Assembly (NCBI GenBank): GCA_023213395.1
Contig: CM041465.1
Location: forward strand, 153,767,741-153,831,740
Source: Cycas panzhihuaensis
Lineage: Eukaryota; Plantae; Cycadophyta
Length of the DNA stretch: 64,000 bases
Direction of reading: 5' to 3'
Below the pieces are notes generated by a model, which was not told the origin of the DNA, ran no database searches, and saw only the letters and a list, made by a program, of their open reading frames with translations. Position numbers and translations under genes: made by a program. Shown here piece by piece: positions 43,801-58,323 of the stretch (positions are counted from its first letter, which is position 1; each line of letters begins with the position of its first letter).

Positions 43801-45979
43801 CTTTCCCTTTAGGCATGCCTCACATATACTATTATATCTCTTAATTTTAGGTAAACCATATATCATTTAAAGCCTAGGCATTAGGTTTAAACTTTACATA
43901 TTTAAATGACCTAAGCATTTATGCCATAATTAAGTTTTAGAGCTATTTAGAGTGGCCTTTCTTCTAAATGAGAATATTCTTCTAGTTCCTAGATACAAGG
44001 GGATTCTTCAGTAATTATATCTTTCCCCTTATCAGGTTGAGCACTTTCAGCCATTAAGTAGGATTTATTTTATTGAGTGGTGGCAAAGGGAAGACTATCT
44101 AGCCTATATAAACCATTATTTATTGGGGTTAATATTCATTTCTCCCTAAGTAAGTGTGCACAATATTTAATATTGCCACAGAACTCCCACAACTAACTTC
44201 AGCCATTCAAGTTATTAAGTACATATTTTTTATTATTTTTTAAATTTTAAAAATGTCAATTGATGGAAAGTTCTTTCCAAATGTCCTAATTATAAATAAG
44301 AGGTATCTAACCTAATGGTGTTTTTGAACACCACCTTATTTTTAGATATTTGTTAATATTTTAAATATGGCAATCTTATACTCTCTTTGCTTTGTCCCTG
44401 ATATCCTTCATTTGGTATTAGAGTTGGAATTGGTTATAGAGCACATTATGCATTACGACAAGCTTGCATTTCAATTATTTGATTATATTTACTTTATTTA
44501 TCAATAGCTTTATATACTTTACATTAAAATATTATTCATATATGCATAATATTAGCTTGTATACTTTATACACTTAATATTTTTATAGTTTTTTATAGTA
44601 ATTATAGGTGTGTACAACCCATCAATGATTTAAATTAATTTTATATAAGTTTTATTTAAAATATTTTCATATTTTATTCAGTTCCTAATTGATTTTTAAG
44701 GTTTTTTCGGGTCACTGATCTTAGGTAGGGTGGTGCACCTCTATTGTTGAGTAAAATTATATTACATAACTACTCATTTTAATCCTTAACAAGTCATCTT
44801 CACATCAGATCAGATGCTTCTAAAAATTATTGCTTCTACATTGAGAAATCTCTCTCATAAGGCAATCTACTACTCTGCCCTACTAAAACCCCATTGGTCT
44901 TTGGTTAAAATCAAATAAATTTACCTAGTTTCTCTTTGTTTCACCATGCAACAAGGTCACATGCCTACAACTAGATAAGTGATACTCTCTTTGATAAATT
45001 TTAGTCTCTATTTTGGTTGTATGACCCTCATATAACCGTATAGCCTCCCACATCACTATGCATCTAAAATCCATTCTTAATCACTTTTTCTTTGAGTTTT
45101 TTCTTGAAGATTCATCTCCATATGATATTTGATCGATTGGGATTGATCATAATGAAGATTTAAATTGTTTTGATTGACTTTTCTCCCTTTGTATACTTGC
45201 ACTGGCGCACAAACGTCACTCCTTCATCAAGATAAAAAAATATAATTTTTTTAAAATTTATTTTTCATAAAATTTGATAAAATTTAATCATAATTGATAT
45301 AAATTAAAGTTTATGCCCCATCTAATCTCATCCCTTAGTTCTTTTTTACCTCATATGACCTCATTTCATTATTTTTTAAGGGGCAAACCTTAAAAATGAC
45401 AGGTTATTTTTAAATATTTTAGATTTAGGAAGATTAAACTCCATTTAACAATCTTTGAAGTCTACTAGCCCCCTTCATAGACTAGTGGTAGATTTTATAT
45501 GATAACCAGGTGATGAGGGACTCTGGTTTAAAAGGGCTTAAGGCCCCTTTTTAGTTTTTTAACCACAAGTAATAGGCTTCACTATTTTTTTAATATCTCC
45601 CTAACTAGGAGTCCATTTTTTGAACAATTAGATCCGTTGGAAAGGCAACTCAATGACTTATATGTTGAATTTTATTTCATATTGATTTGAATCTATTTGA
45701 TATATGTTTTAGGTTGCTAAAGTTATCTCTCTTATTTGATCCTTGTTTGAGTTTTTTTCATCATTTTTTAAGCAACTTCTTAATTTTATTTAACCATATT
45801 CATGTTATATTGATATACTAACCTATTTTAGCATATTTCACTTTAAATTTTAGGGTTTATATATGATTTCTAGCTAAATTTATGTAGGTTTACCCCTTTG
45901 AGAAGAAGGTAAACATTTAGACAACATCTTATAAATAAAGATCTGTCTAACCCTTAATTTACTTAATTTTATGCTTTCT

Positions 45980-46300
45980 ATTTTATTTTATTTCATTTAC
46001 AACTTATTCTATTTTATTTTAAGGCTCATTTAAATCTTATTTTAGTTCATTTAAAGGTCATTTTATTTCATTTTTGAATCTCATTTAAAGTTTATTTTAT
46101 TATATTTCAAAGCTTATTTAAAGCTAATTTTGTTACATTTTAAAGCTCATTTAAAAGTATATTTTATTTTATATTCATTTCATATCATTTTAAAGCTTAT
46201 TTCATATTCATTTTATCTCTTTTAAATGCTTATTTCATTTTATTTCTTGTCACATTTTTTAAGTTATTTTTAATTACTATTAAAATGAACTTTTATTCAT
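45980..46300. repeat. Degenerate AT-rich minisatellite (core CATTTTAAAGCTCATTT) in F leader
   Basis: Repeated AAAGCTCATTT / ATTTTATTTC units. Confidence 0.7.
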
Positions 46301-46783
46301 TAACAAGATTGTATCTAAAATTAATTCCTGTATTAAAAAGATAATTTCTTAAAAGAATAATCCTTTTTCTAGCCTTGTAAGGAGAATGATTAGGACAATG
46401 GTAGGCTGAGGTGGAGTACCATATCATTTTAATGTTTGAAAACCAGGCTAGACCCAAGTCAGTGAGTGCCTTAGTTTAAAAGGTTTTTACCACTAGATCT
46501 ATTATTAGGCATAGGTCTAACATAAGCGGATCAATAGATCATGAGGGTCTTGTACCTTCTTAGTAGCCTATGTACTAAAGTATATAGAGCCTAATGCTCA
46601 TGTACCAGTATATTGGGTCCCTAATTTACCACTTGTGGGAAAATGCTACTAAAAATGATAGTAACTAAAATCTTCTCTTAGAGACCCAAAAGCATAGAGC
46701 CTAGAAACTTTCTAGGTAATATGACATATTATTTTTAAGCTATCCTTAGGGGAACATTTGAATAGACTTATTTTTTAAACATA

Positions 46784-49700
46784 ATGGCAACAAACTTTGG
46801 TAATATGATCATCTGTAAGTTTGATGGATCAAATTTCTTAAATTGGAGTTGGAAGATAAGACCCATCCTCATAGCTAAAAATATGTGGGATATTGTAAAG
46901 ACATGATATATAAAAATTAGTTAGAATGCCACTCTAGCAGAACTCCAAGCTTATAAAGAAGTTGTAAATAAGGATAATGAAGCACTAGAATTAATATTTT
47001 GTGTCTTAGAAGATCATATTTTCCCAAGAGTTAGTGAAGCATGAAATTCCAAAGAAGCATGGGATACATTACGACTTATCTATGAAGGAGTAGTCTCATT
47101 AAAACTCCAAACATTAAGGAGTAAATTTGAGAATTTAAGGATGTCACCCAAGGAGACCATCAATAAGTTTATAATAAATGTTTAAGATCTTGTAAATGAA
47201 ATTAGATCTTTTAGATAAATACTTACTAAACAAAGGGTTGTTGAATGAATACTTAGGTGTGTTAGTGAAATTATAAGGTTTGAGATGATAGACACATGTA
47301 TAAAGGTATTTAAGGACCTAAGCACTTTGAAGATAGAATAATTGAGTGCTATGTTGATAGTTATTAAAGAAAATAAGGGCACCAATGAATCCTTAGAATA
47401 TACCTTTATAATAAAGGCTAGAATCAAATCTAATACCCAAGCTAAAAGCTCAAGGATAAGGAATCAATCCCCAAGGGGGGAGATAAGAGTCCAAGATAAG
47501 ATACACACCAAGATCAACATCCTAGATACTAAGCTCCTAATCAAAGGCATCAAGGATCTAATCAAAGATACCCAAGTCAAAATAGATGTCAAAGCCAAGA
47601 AAGATATCAAGAAGTTAGCCAATTTTGTCATAATTACCAAGGCCAAAGCAATTTTTAAAGGTCCAATCCAAATTATCTAAGTCATAGACAAGGCAACACT
47701 CAAAGACCATATTTAGAAAGGGGAAGGACACCCTATATGAATAGAGGAACCCCTATAAGTAGTAGTTTAAATTAAAGAGGAAGAGATCCTATCCATTATA
47801 GATATTTTCACAAAGTTGTCCACACTGAAGATAGATGTTTTACCAAAAATAACCCTCCAATAAGAGGAAGTATTAATATAGTCATTAAAAATAGAGAAAA
47901 TGATGGCCTATTTTTATTAAGCTTTGTTACCCATAAAGAAGATGATTATTGGTATATAGCCTCTAGATGCTCTATATATATGAAACATAAGGAAGAGATA
48001 TTCCGTACCATTGATAGGTCTAGGAAAGACACAATAATGTTTGGTGATGATACATCTCATGAATCTAGTGGAAGAGGTAAAGTGGTCATGACAAGCTCAA
48101 GAGAAACTAGATATCTTGATGACATCCTCTATGTTCTAGCTCTCACGAAAAATCTCCTATCTATGGGATAGATGATGGAACATAACTATAAGGTTGTATT
48201 TGATAATGGTGAGTGTACTGTTAAGAATAAAAGGAAAAATAAAGTTGTTGTTACCAAAGGAAAGATGACTAGTGATAGACTCTTCAAGTTAGTCATAACC
48301 CCTTCAAATAATTATGTATTAAAGATAATAACTGAGATAGATAGTGACATGTGGCATAAAAGGTTTAGCCACTTAAACTATGGAAGCTTAGCCCTCATGA
48401 AAAAGATGAATATAGTTGAATGTGTACTCCAAATTAAAGCTAACATGGACATATATGAGGGATGCCTACTAGGCAAACAACATAGAGAAAACTTTCCAGA
48501 TAGAAGCTATAGAGCTAAGGGATCACTTCAATTAGTTTACATAGATCTTTGTGGTCCAATAGACATCCAATCTCCAGTAGTTATAAATTATTTCCTCACC
48601 TTTATTGATGATTATTCAAGGAATACATGGATCTATTTCTTAAAATTTAAGTTAAATATATTTTAATACTTTGTGGACTTCAAAATATTTATGGAGAAGT
48701 AAAGAAACCATAAAATACTTTTTCTAAGATTAGATAATAGAGGAGACTTTATTTCCAATGAGTTTAATACCTATTATACCTACCATGACATTAGAAGATG
48801 ATATACAAACTCCTACATACCACAATAGAATGCGATAGCTGAATGTAATAACTATACTATAGTTGAAATGGCTAGGTCCATACCTAAGGATAAGAAATCA
48901 AGATATAAATTTTAAGTAGAAGTTATTCATATAATAGTATCTCTTCTAAATAGGTGTACCACCAAAGCCCTTAGGTGGATGACACCTAAAGAAGCATGAA
49001 CAGGTCACCAACCTAGCATTTATCACTTGAGAGTACTCAAATGCCTTGATTTTACCCACGATCCAGAATAAAAAAGGACTAAACTTGATGATAAAAGCAT
49101 AAAATATATATTTATTAGATATAATAATATGTCAAAATCCTATAAGGTGTATGATCTAAAGGAAAGAAAAATTGTTGTTAGCAGGGATATTATATTCAAG
49201 GAAGATAATTTCTATCAACCATATTATATCTAACATAAATGTAAAACTATTGCAATTAACTTTGATTCATCTCCAAAGTCTATATATATGCCACTTAGAC
49301 CAAACCCAAGGCCAAGTGATGAAGGAACCTCTACTCAATCTCAAAGGTTTCCTAAATGGATCCAAAGAGGCCATGACTTATACAATATATTAGACAATAA
49401 TTTTAATAAGAGATCCACTCGTTTAAGTCAAGTTAACTTTGCTCTAATGAGTCAAGGGATGCAAGCCATTGAGCCTCACATATTTAAAAAGGAAAATACT
49501 CATGATCAATGGAAAAATACTATGGAAGATAATCATAACTCTATAGTGAAGAATGATATATGGGAGCTTATTGATATTCCTCCTAATAAAATAGCTATTG
49601 GAATATAATGGGTCTATAAGACTAAGTTCAAATCTGATGGGTCCATTGACAAACATAAGGCTAGACTTGTTACCAAGGGCTATGCATAAAGAGAACACAT

Positions 49701-50786
49701 ATATTATAATGAAACCTTTGTCTTTATTGCTCAAATGGAGACTATTCAAATGATATTAAGGCTAGCAGCCTAAAAATATTGGGATGTTCATAAAATAGAT
49801 ATTAAAAGTACTTTTCTCAATAGCTACATTAAAGAATAAATATATGTTCAACAACCAGAAGGTTTTTAAGTCAGGGGTAAGAGAATAAAGTGTATAAACT
49901 TAAAAAGACACTTTATGGTTTGAAATAAACATCTAGAGCATGGTACTCTATGATAGATAAATATTTCAAAGATCAAGGATTCAAGAGAACCTAATTTGAT
50001 CCAAACCTATATATTAAAATCAAAGGAGACTCTATATTGATTATGAAACTTTATATTTAATGACTTGGTATATACAAGAAATGACTCCTATCTTTCCTAA
50101 AATTTTAAGAATAACATGTGTAAGGAGTTCAAAATGATAGACTTGGGGTTAATGTATTACTTCTTAGGATTCGAAGTATGGTAAGATGATGATGGTATCT
50201 TTATTTACCAAAGGAAATATACCTTAGAGTTACTCCAAAAGTTCAAGATGAATGACTATAAAACCTTGTCCACACCAGTAGAAGTTGGAATCAAATTATC
50301 CAAACTTGATGACTCAGGCCCTGTTGATCTTACATTGTATAAATAATTGATTGACAATTTAATTTATTTAATATCAATACGATGAGATATTATGCATACA
50401 ATTAGTATCGTATCAAGGTTTATCCAAGATCCCAAAACTAACACATTGGCAAGTAGTTAAATAAATTCTAAGGTATCTAAAAGATACTATAGATTATGGG
50501 TTACATTATAAACATTTATTAAATTTTAGGTTGACTCGGTATACATATTCAGATTAGGCAATTGATGTTGATGATAAAACATTTACATCTGGATACACGT
50601 TTAGTTTAGGTTCAACCTATATAGTATGGAGTACTAAAATATAAAATATCATCTCCTTATTTATAGTTAAAGTGAAATATAATGCATGAGTGTCAGGTGC
50701 ATGTGAAATGGTTTAGTTATATCATTTACTTTATAATCTACAAATGAAATAGGATGGTCCTATTGAAATATGGTATGATAATTAAA
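46784..50786 (+). pseudogene. gag-pol of Copia F (RNase H continues at 58324-58545)
   Basis: MATNFG...KFDGSNFLNWSWK; MWHKRFSHLNY, EGCLLGKQHR, LTFIDDYSRNTWIYFLK (48172-48666); RT 49550-50400; IWYDN at 50770. Confidence 0.92.
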
Positions 50787-53700
50787 GGAAAGAATGATGG
50801 ATCTAAGGAATAAATCACTCACATGCACACAATGACAATGGAGAATGAAAAAGAGATGAAATGAGATATGAGAGTAAAGCTTGGAGGTGAGAATGAATAA
50901 TGACTTCCTCCTTGAGATTTTGCCTTTTATTATTAAGGGTGATTATTAGGGTTAGGATTTTCCTACCTAATGACATAAATCTAAAATTACATCTGAATAC
51001 ACATACGGTATATTTCACTAAGAGACTAAAGCCAACGATATATCCTAAGGTCACTTAATTAATCTACACAAATGACCTTGATACATTAACTTCTTTTAAT
51101 CAACCCCTTAATGGTGGAGGGTTATTTTAAGAAAATCTATTTTATAAGATCTTTATTTGAGCCTCATTATTACATTCAAATTATGAATGACACTTTTGTG
51201 GGAAAACCCTCATGGGGAATAAAAACCCACAAACTTTCTAAGATATCTAGCCCTTTTTATAAATCAAAATGGCCAAGATGGCTCTTTAATATAGCCTAAT
51301 AGCCAAGCAACTTAAATGTGTATCTTAATCTATTAAGTCTCCATATACTGTTTGGTCATCCCCTATGCCCTTTTAGGTATTTATAGGTTATGATTTTCTA
51401 AAACTAGTATGACCCTTATCCTTTCATGCCTACATAAGGTTTTTACAAATAGGATAGAATAGAGACTTACTCTTATTCTTCCATGCCCACAAGGGGTTTT
51501 CATGAATAGAATAGAGTATGATGATCATGTTGACATCTTCTTTAATCAATCGAAGATGGAATCCCTAAGGTCAAGCTGCCTTTCAAACTATTTAAACTTT
51601 ATCCTTTGCAGTAGTTTGGTGAAGATATTGACCACTTGATTTGTTGTGTGGTAGTATTTTAGTTGAATTATACTATCATGAATAAATTCTCTAATCCTAT
51701 ACAGTTTTATACTTATATATTTAGTACGATCATAAAATATAGAATCTTTTACCATATGGATTACTAATTGATTATCCACACAAAGGCTAGTAGGACTTAT
51801 TTGGGTGATATTCAATGTTCCAATAATTTTCTAAGTTATATCACCTCCTTACTTATCTTAGAAGTACCAATGTATTCATCTTTGACAGTTGAATCAACAA
51901 TTATCTTTAATCATCTAGATCTCCATGATATTGATGTTGTTCTAAGAAATGTTACATACCCATACATAGATCTTCTTGTATCTTTGTCTCTTATAATGTC
52001 TGAGTCTATGTATGCAAAAAGATTAAATTCATTATTAGGTTCATATAATAGGCCAAATTTGTTAGTTATCTTTAGGAATTTTAACACTCGAATTATAGAC
52101 TACTAGTGATTCTACTTAGGATTTATCATGAATCATGCAAGAATGTCTATAGAGTATGTAATATATGACCTTATATTAGTAGTGTAGATGAGACTACCTA
52201 TAATTTTCCTATAGAGTATTGCGTCTACCTCCCGAGTGTTACCATTAGTTCAGAGTTTAGTATTAGGATCCACAGGTAAAGCCACTAGTTGAGGTAAATC
52301 ATTGATGTATTTTTCTTAAGAGAGGAAATTTTTTATATTATTTTATATTACTTTAATTTCCATGTAATATTTCATCAAATTGAGGTTAGATAATTCAAAT
52401 ATTTTACCAAGGTCCTTTTTTAGTTGGCATATTACCTATTTATTATTATCCATTACTAGCATATCATCCACAAAGATTATGAGATAAGTGACTTTGCCCT
52501 TTTGATACTTGATGAATAGTGTTGTATTAATATCTTGGTAGTCACAAACCTCACATCTAAGTTGCTTTATTCTTTTAGACAAATTTGACAAACCAAGTAT
52601 AAGGGGTTTGTTTAAGGTAGTACAAGGACTTTCTGAGTCTACAAACCTTATGCTTCTGACCTTTGATCTTGTACCCTTCTAACTAAGCCATGTAAATTTC
52701 TTCTTCAAGATCCCCATTGAGAAATGTAGTCTTAATATCAAGATGGTATATTTTTCAGCCATGTTAAATAGCTAAGGCCACAAGAGTTGTAATTATAGGC
52801 CACTTAGTTCTAGGTGGAAAGACTTCAGTGTAGTTGATGCCTTCGCTTTGTATGAATCCTTTAGATACCAACCTTGTCTTATGTTTTTTAAAGGTATCAT
52901 TTGATCTATATTTATTTTTGAATACCTATTTATTTTAAACTACCTTTTCTCCAAGTGATAGATCAATGAGCTCCCATGTACCATTTTTTATGAGAGATTA
53001 GTATTCTTCATTTATTACATTTCTCCAAATTATATATTTTATAGCTTCCGAGTATGAAAAGGCCTTTTTACTAACAATAAGGTGTTGTTTTGTTAGTTCA
53101 AGCTTAGTATATAATGATCCTTATATCCTTGCTCTATGGGTACTTTGAGTGTCAGTTTTACCCATCTCATTTGGTCATATGTCCTTATTGAGCTAGTGAG
53201 CTTCATGAGATCCTCGAGTTGGGAATGAGGTTTTTATTTCCTTGACTTCTTATTTCTCATCATGTTTATTAAAATGATCATTTTATGAGGAGGATGTTGA
53301 TGCACTTGAGGAATATGGTCCTTCTACCATTGTTTGCCTTTGTCAACTAAAGGTAGAGAGGATGATTATTCTATCATGATTTTACCTTTGCCAACTCTAC
53401 TATCTTTAGAGGATGGTACTGGATGTATACTCATCGATTCAGAGTCATAAATTATATCCTCTGAGGCTCTATTATTAGCCTCCAATATTTGGAGCTATTT
53501 ATGTGTGTCTCCTTCCCCTAAAAATTTTAGAATCTAAGCATCATACTTGATAATATCATTGTAGTAATATAAGGGTATTTTAGAGTCTACTTTAAGCAAT
53601 TAATCCTCTATCTCTGCAAAAATGACATCTCTAATAATGATAATTTTTTATTATGAAGGTATAAAGACCTTATATATTTTCTTACATATAGGGTATCTGA

Positions 53701-56700
53701 TAAAGATGTCTTTAAGTGCCATTGGCTAGAGTTTATTTTAATCTAGATCTAGAATGTGGGCATAGCATGTAGAGCCAACTTTTGAAGTAATGAACAAGGG
53801 GTATTTGTCCTGACCACTTTTCATTAAGTGGTTATCCTTCCTTTGATAGGATAACAACATTGATATAATAAACAACTGTCCAGATGGATTTGGCCTATAG
53901 GTAGGTAGGTATATTTTTGTATACTAATATAGCTCGAGCCATGTTTATTATTATCCTATTCATGTGCTCAACAACACTATTTTGTTGTGGCATACCTACT
54001 ACTATTGTTTGATGTTTAATACTATTATCTTGAAGGTAGATTTCAAACTCATGTGAGGTATATTCTGCACCATTATTAGTTTGAAGATATTTGAGTTAAT
54101 AACCTAACTATTTTTTAGTGCGGGCTTTGACTTCTTTGAATACATGGAAGGCTTTATCTTTCTTATGTAAAAGAGCTACCCATACTTTCCTAGTAAAATC
54201 ATCAATGAAAGAGATGTAATATGAATTTCCTTTTAATAAAGAAATAGGTATTTGTTTGTATAGATTAGAGTGTACCAATTACAATGAATAACTCAATTTC
54301 CATTGACTTTTGGGAAAGGGTTATCGATGAGATTTGACAGCGATATAAGTTTAATATTTGAAGGGTTAGGAGGAGAACTTTAGAGGACTTGAAAGAGTAT
54401 TACAAAGATCTCTAAGTCTATCGAAATGAACATGGCCCACGTGAGCATGCAAAAGAGCTTCTGGTGACAACGTTAGGTGGGTTAAGATGGTGTTCAATAT
54501 AAATTTTTTATCAGCACAAAGGCTTTAGGTACAATGGGCTTTAGAAAATGGAGAGTCATTCAATTGAAAGAGTTTGCCAGTGAGATGTCTAGTCAGGATT
54601 ACTTGATTAGTTGGAGGATGAATAACCTGAAGAGTCTAGGTATTTATAGTTACACTCAAATTAAATCCATGAGAGATAAGTGTAGATAAGGAGAGAAAGT
54701 TTTATTTGAGATTAGATATATATAGAACATCAAATAATATAAAATCTCTTAAGCCTAAGAGTTTTAGGCAAATTTTACTAATTCCTTCAACAGGTTATTG
54801 TGATTTGTCAGCCATGTGAATAACTCTTTAAATATTTAAGTTAAATGTTTGATATAGACTACAATTACACATTATATGTTGAGTTGCTCCTATGTCCATG
54901 ATCCATTATCCATTGATTGAAGTAACATTATTTGTAATTTCAATAGGGCTTGGCATTGGTGAAGGGAATTTACAAATGATATGTCCACATTGAGCTTCAA
55001 AGTATCTTAGTGGTTGGTGAATGGCATTTGATATCAAGGATCCCTCAATTCCTTGAACGTATGCTTGTATAAAACCTATACCACTAAAGGATTCTTCACA
55101 AGTTTCTTCAATATTGTGAACTCCCTGTTTTGCTTAGAACTTGGCCAACTTATAAGTGGCAGTTCTGTAGTCTTTCACAAAGTGTCCTTTACACATAATA
55201 GTTTGATTGCCAGTCCCTAAAGAGGGACTAGTTTGGCATAATTGTCTTACTTTTTGTTGAGATAGCCCTTGCGTTTGAGACTATCAAGGTTGTAACTGAG
55301 GGTTTGGTTGACTTTGTGGATGATTTTCTATATTTCTTCTTCTTCCTCTTGCTAGGTTATTTCTTCTGCCATGAGAGAAAGCTTGATTTTTTGTGTAGTA
55401 AGTTTTTTATTCCATTTTAAAGGCTAAATCTAGAAGAGAGTTAGAGGCTATAAAGTTAGTATCAAAGGTCTTGTTAAATTCTATGAACTTCTCAGCAAGT
55501 GTTTCGAAGTTGAGCGTCTTCAATGTTCTTCTAGATTGAAGACTTCTAAGTAATTTTTTATAATCAGGGACATGTGGATATGATTAGATCAAGAATACCC
55601 AAGTGATCCATTAGGTCTTAAAATCTTTGTCAATTGCCTATTTTATTAGTCAAAGGATATTTATTGTCTGATTAGCTCATCCCTTTCATATTTTTAATTT
55701 ATCTATTTTGAGAATAAGATAAATAAATTCTAAGTTTAACTTGGTATCAAAGTTCTTCTTGAGAACTTCAAGGACCTTCTAGGATGTATCATATTACTCT
55801 TCATTAATTAAGTTATAAATGGAGTGATCAGGAACTAATATAATTCCTGCATGAATCTTTTTATCATTTATCTCTCATTATAATTTGGTTGTGGCATCTG
55901 TAGGAGATGTTGGAGCAGTTCCACTAAAAGTAAGTGTTATAGCTATTATAGGTATGATGGGTATAGGCTGCAAGTAAGCTCTCTAAAGGCCTTCATATTT
56001 TATAATATTTTTAACTCTAGTGTACTAAAAATCCTAATTTTCTTTGACTTTCAATATGCAGTTAACATTCTTCTTGAATTAAGATTATATAATGATGATA
56101 AAGAATTAGAAAAGTTTATAGAAGTATATGGCACTAACACATATGGCTAGTACATCTGGCACAGTAGGGATGTATAAATGAATGCTATGATAAGAAAGTA
56201 AGTAATAATTAAATATTTTTAATAACTATAAAGAATAAGTATAAGTAATGATGCAAGAATGATGCCTAATGTAAAGCTTGCAAAGAGTGGTGATGTGTCA
56301 TGCCATTAACCTCTAACTTATGTCCAAATGTAAGTGAGGTTTCGATGCCTAATATTTCTAGTATATGATTAGGGCATTTACTTGTGATATCTACACCTGT
56401 ACTTGGTGATGAAATCCAAGTCATAGTAAATCCCAAGTACTCCTAGTCCTCACCCAATTCACCAGTGAGCAATTATATACCTCCACCGAAGAGTTAAATA
56501 ATATTTGTGTATCCCACGGTTATGATGAATATTGGATTGGGTTGATTTTATTCTTGTATTAATATTTTAGATATCTTAACTAGTTATCAAGATAATCCCC
56601 AAAGAGAGTCTTTAGGTATGGCTACCCTATCAATCCACCAATATTCTGGTTAAGACTAGACCCAATATGAAACTCATACCTCCCTTAGTGCCCAGGCTTT

Positions 56701-58323
56701 GGTCAATCGTGGTCTATTTCAACTAAGGTGACTGTACACATAAGTCAAGAACTGGCTGTATAAATTGAATGTAATATGTTTCTTTTAGAGAATATAAAAA
56801 TATATTTACATTTATATTATTAAAGTGAATTGCTAATGTGTTGATACTTGCTTTTATATTTTTGTCTATCAATGTGCATGCACATGAACAAGTATACAAA
56901 GATGCTCTGAGTATTAACACTAAATTTTTCTATAATTTAGGTGTTTTACTATTACAATGAGCTTTTTTCCTTTTGCTATTTGAAAAACCCCTTATTTTTT
57001 ATTTAAGAAAAGGGGTAAAAGCAAAAAATCTTAAAAATTTACTTCTAAACTTAAATTTTGACAAAGAAAGAAAGTATTAGGAAAAACAAAAAGAATCTGA
57101 ATCTTCTATCATAAAATTTTATATGGCCATGGAACCATATAAAATAGCTGAAACATTTTGGCTCAAAACTTTACTCTTCTACATGATAGATCTCACTATG
57201 GTGAGTCAAAAACTCTTCTAATAAAACTTTTGAAAATGAGAAGAAATGGCCCCAAACTCCTATGAGACTTTTCTTAGTAAAAAATTAAATTTTGAAGAAA
57301 TCTCTCTCTTTGGTATATCAGATATGATAAAACTTGATCTGTTGGATTCTTTGAGGCTATACCTACTAAATCCCTTAAGAAATTTTAACATATATTAAAA
57401 ATCTTGAGAAATTTTCTCAAAAAAGTAGTCAAATTAGGATCGATTAAACTTTTACTTTTTGAGGTGAATCGAGGTAGAATTTAGAGATAGTAAGAAGATA
57501 AAAATGTTTGTCTTGTTTGGGCATTCCTCCTTACAAATTTTAGCCAAGATGGATAACTTTCGATTTTCACCTCTCACAGAGCTAAACAACCTTTTCTCAA
57601 ATGGTTTAAGCTTATTTCTACCACTTGTAAGCAATTGAAAATTTGCCCTACAACTTTATAATATATATTTTATAACTGATAATTGATTTATGATGAAAAA
57701 TTAATAGAATCCCCCTTAATAAAATTTAAAATTAGTTATAAAAATTGATAAAAGTTTATTTTTTTAGGAGCCTAAAGCTAGGAAACCTTCTTTTGGTTAG
57801 CAGCTTTGATCTTTAATGCACTTGCAGATTAATAGAGGATATTAAAATATGTTGTAAATGAAATACAAGCTTTACATGATTAAAAAACTCTCAATATTCT
57901 GAAACTAATAAGTGCACTCTCAATACTTCACATTTAAGGTGAATGAGAGGCAAAATAACTTTATGCAACTGGAATGAAATTAATAGATCCCCTTCTAACT
58001 CTAATACCACATGAAGGAAGGATGGATCTACAGAATAAATCACTCACATATACACAATGATAATAGAGAATGAAAAAAAGATGAAATAAGATGCGAGAGT
58101 AAAGCTTAGAGGTGTGAATGAATAATGACTCCCTCCTTGAGATTTTCCCTTTTATTATTGAAGATGAGCATTAGAGTTATGATTTTTCTGCCTAATGGCA
58201 TAAACCTAAAATTACATCTAAATGCATATAAAACACATTTCACTAAGAGACTAATACTAATAATATATTTTAAGGTTACTTAATTAATCTACACAAATAA
58301 TCTTGATATTTTAACCTCTTTCA
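50787..58323 (-). mobile_element. Element H: Ty1/Copia, full length, inserted in RNase H of F
   Basis: 312-bp LTRs 50787-51098 and 58012-58323; PBS complement ACTCTAATACCA 57998-58009; PPT complement ATCAACCCCTT 51099; TSD TTAAA/TCAAA. Confidence 0.93.
51560..56070 (-). pseudogene. gag-pol of Copia H
   Basis: WIMDIGATQH (~54900); ISFIDDFTRKVW (~54200); IFVDDML (~52470); CVDNQ...DRTKYI...QVVNIFTKLL (51588-51815). Confidence 0.9.

Noticed and set aside
47342-47680. 112-aa K/I/D-rich ORF, plus antisense ORFs 49444-49749, 51768-52106 and 59340-59633
   Set aside because: Off-frame or antisense readings of decayed gag-pol sequence
57802-57813. Possible second PBS in the H leader (AGCTTTGATCT)
   Set aside because: Match too short and lacks the ACCA end; insufficient on its own
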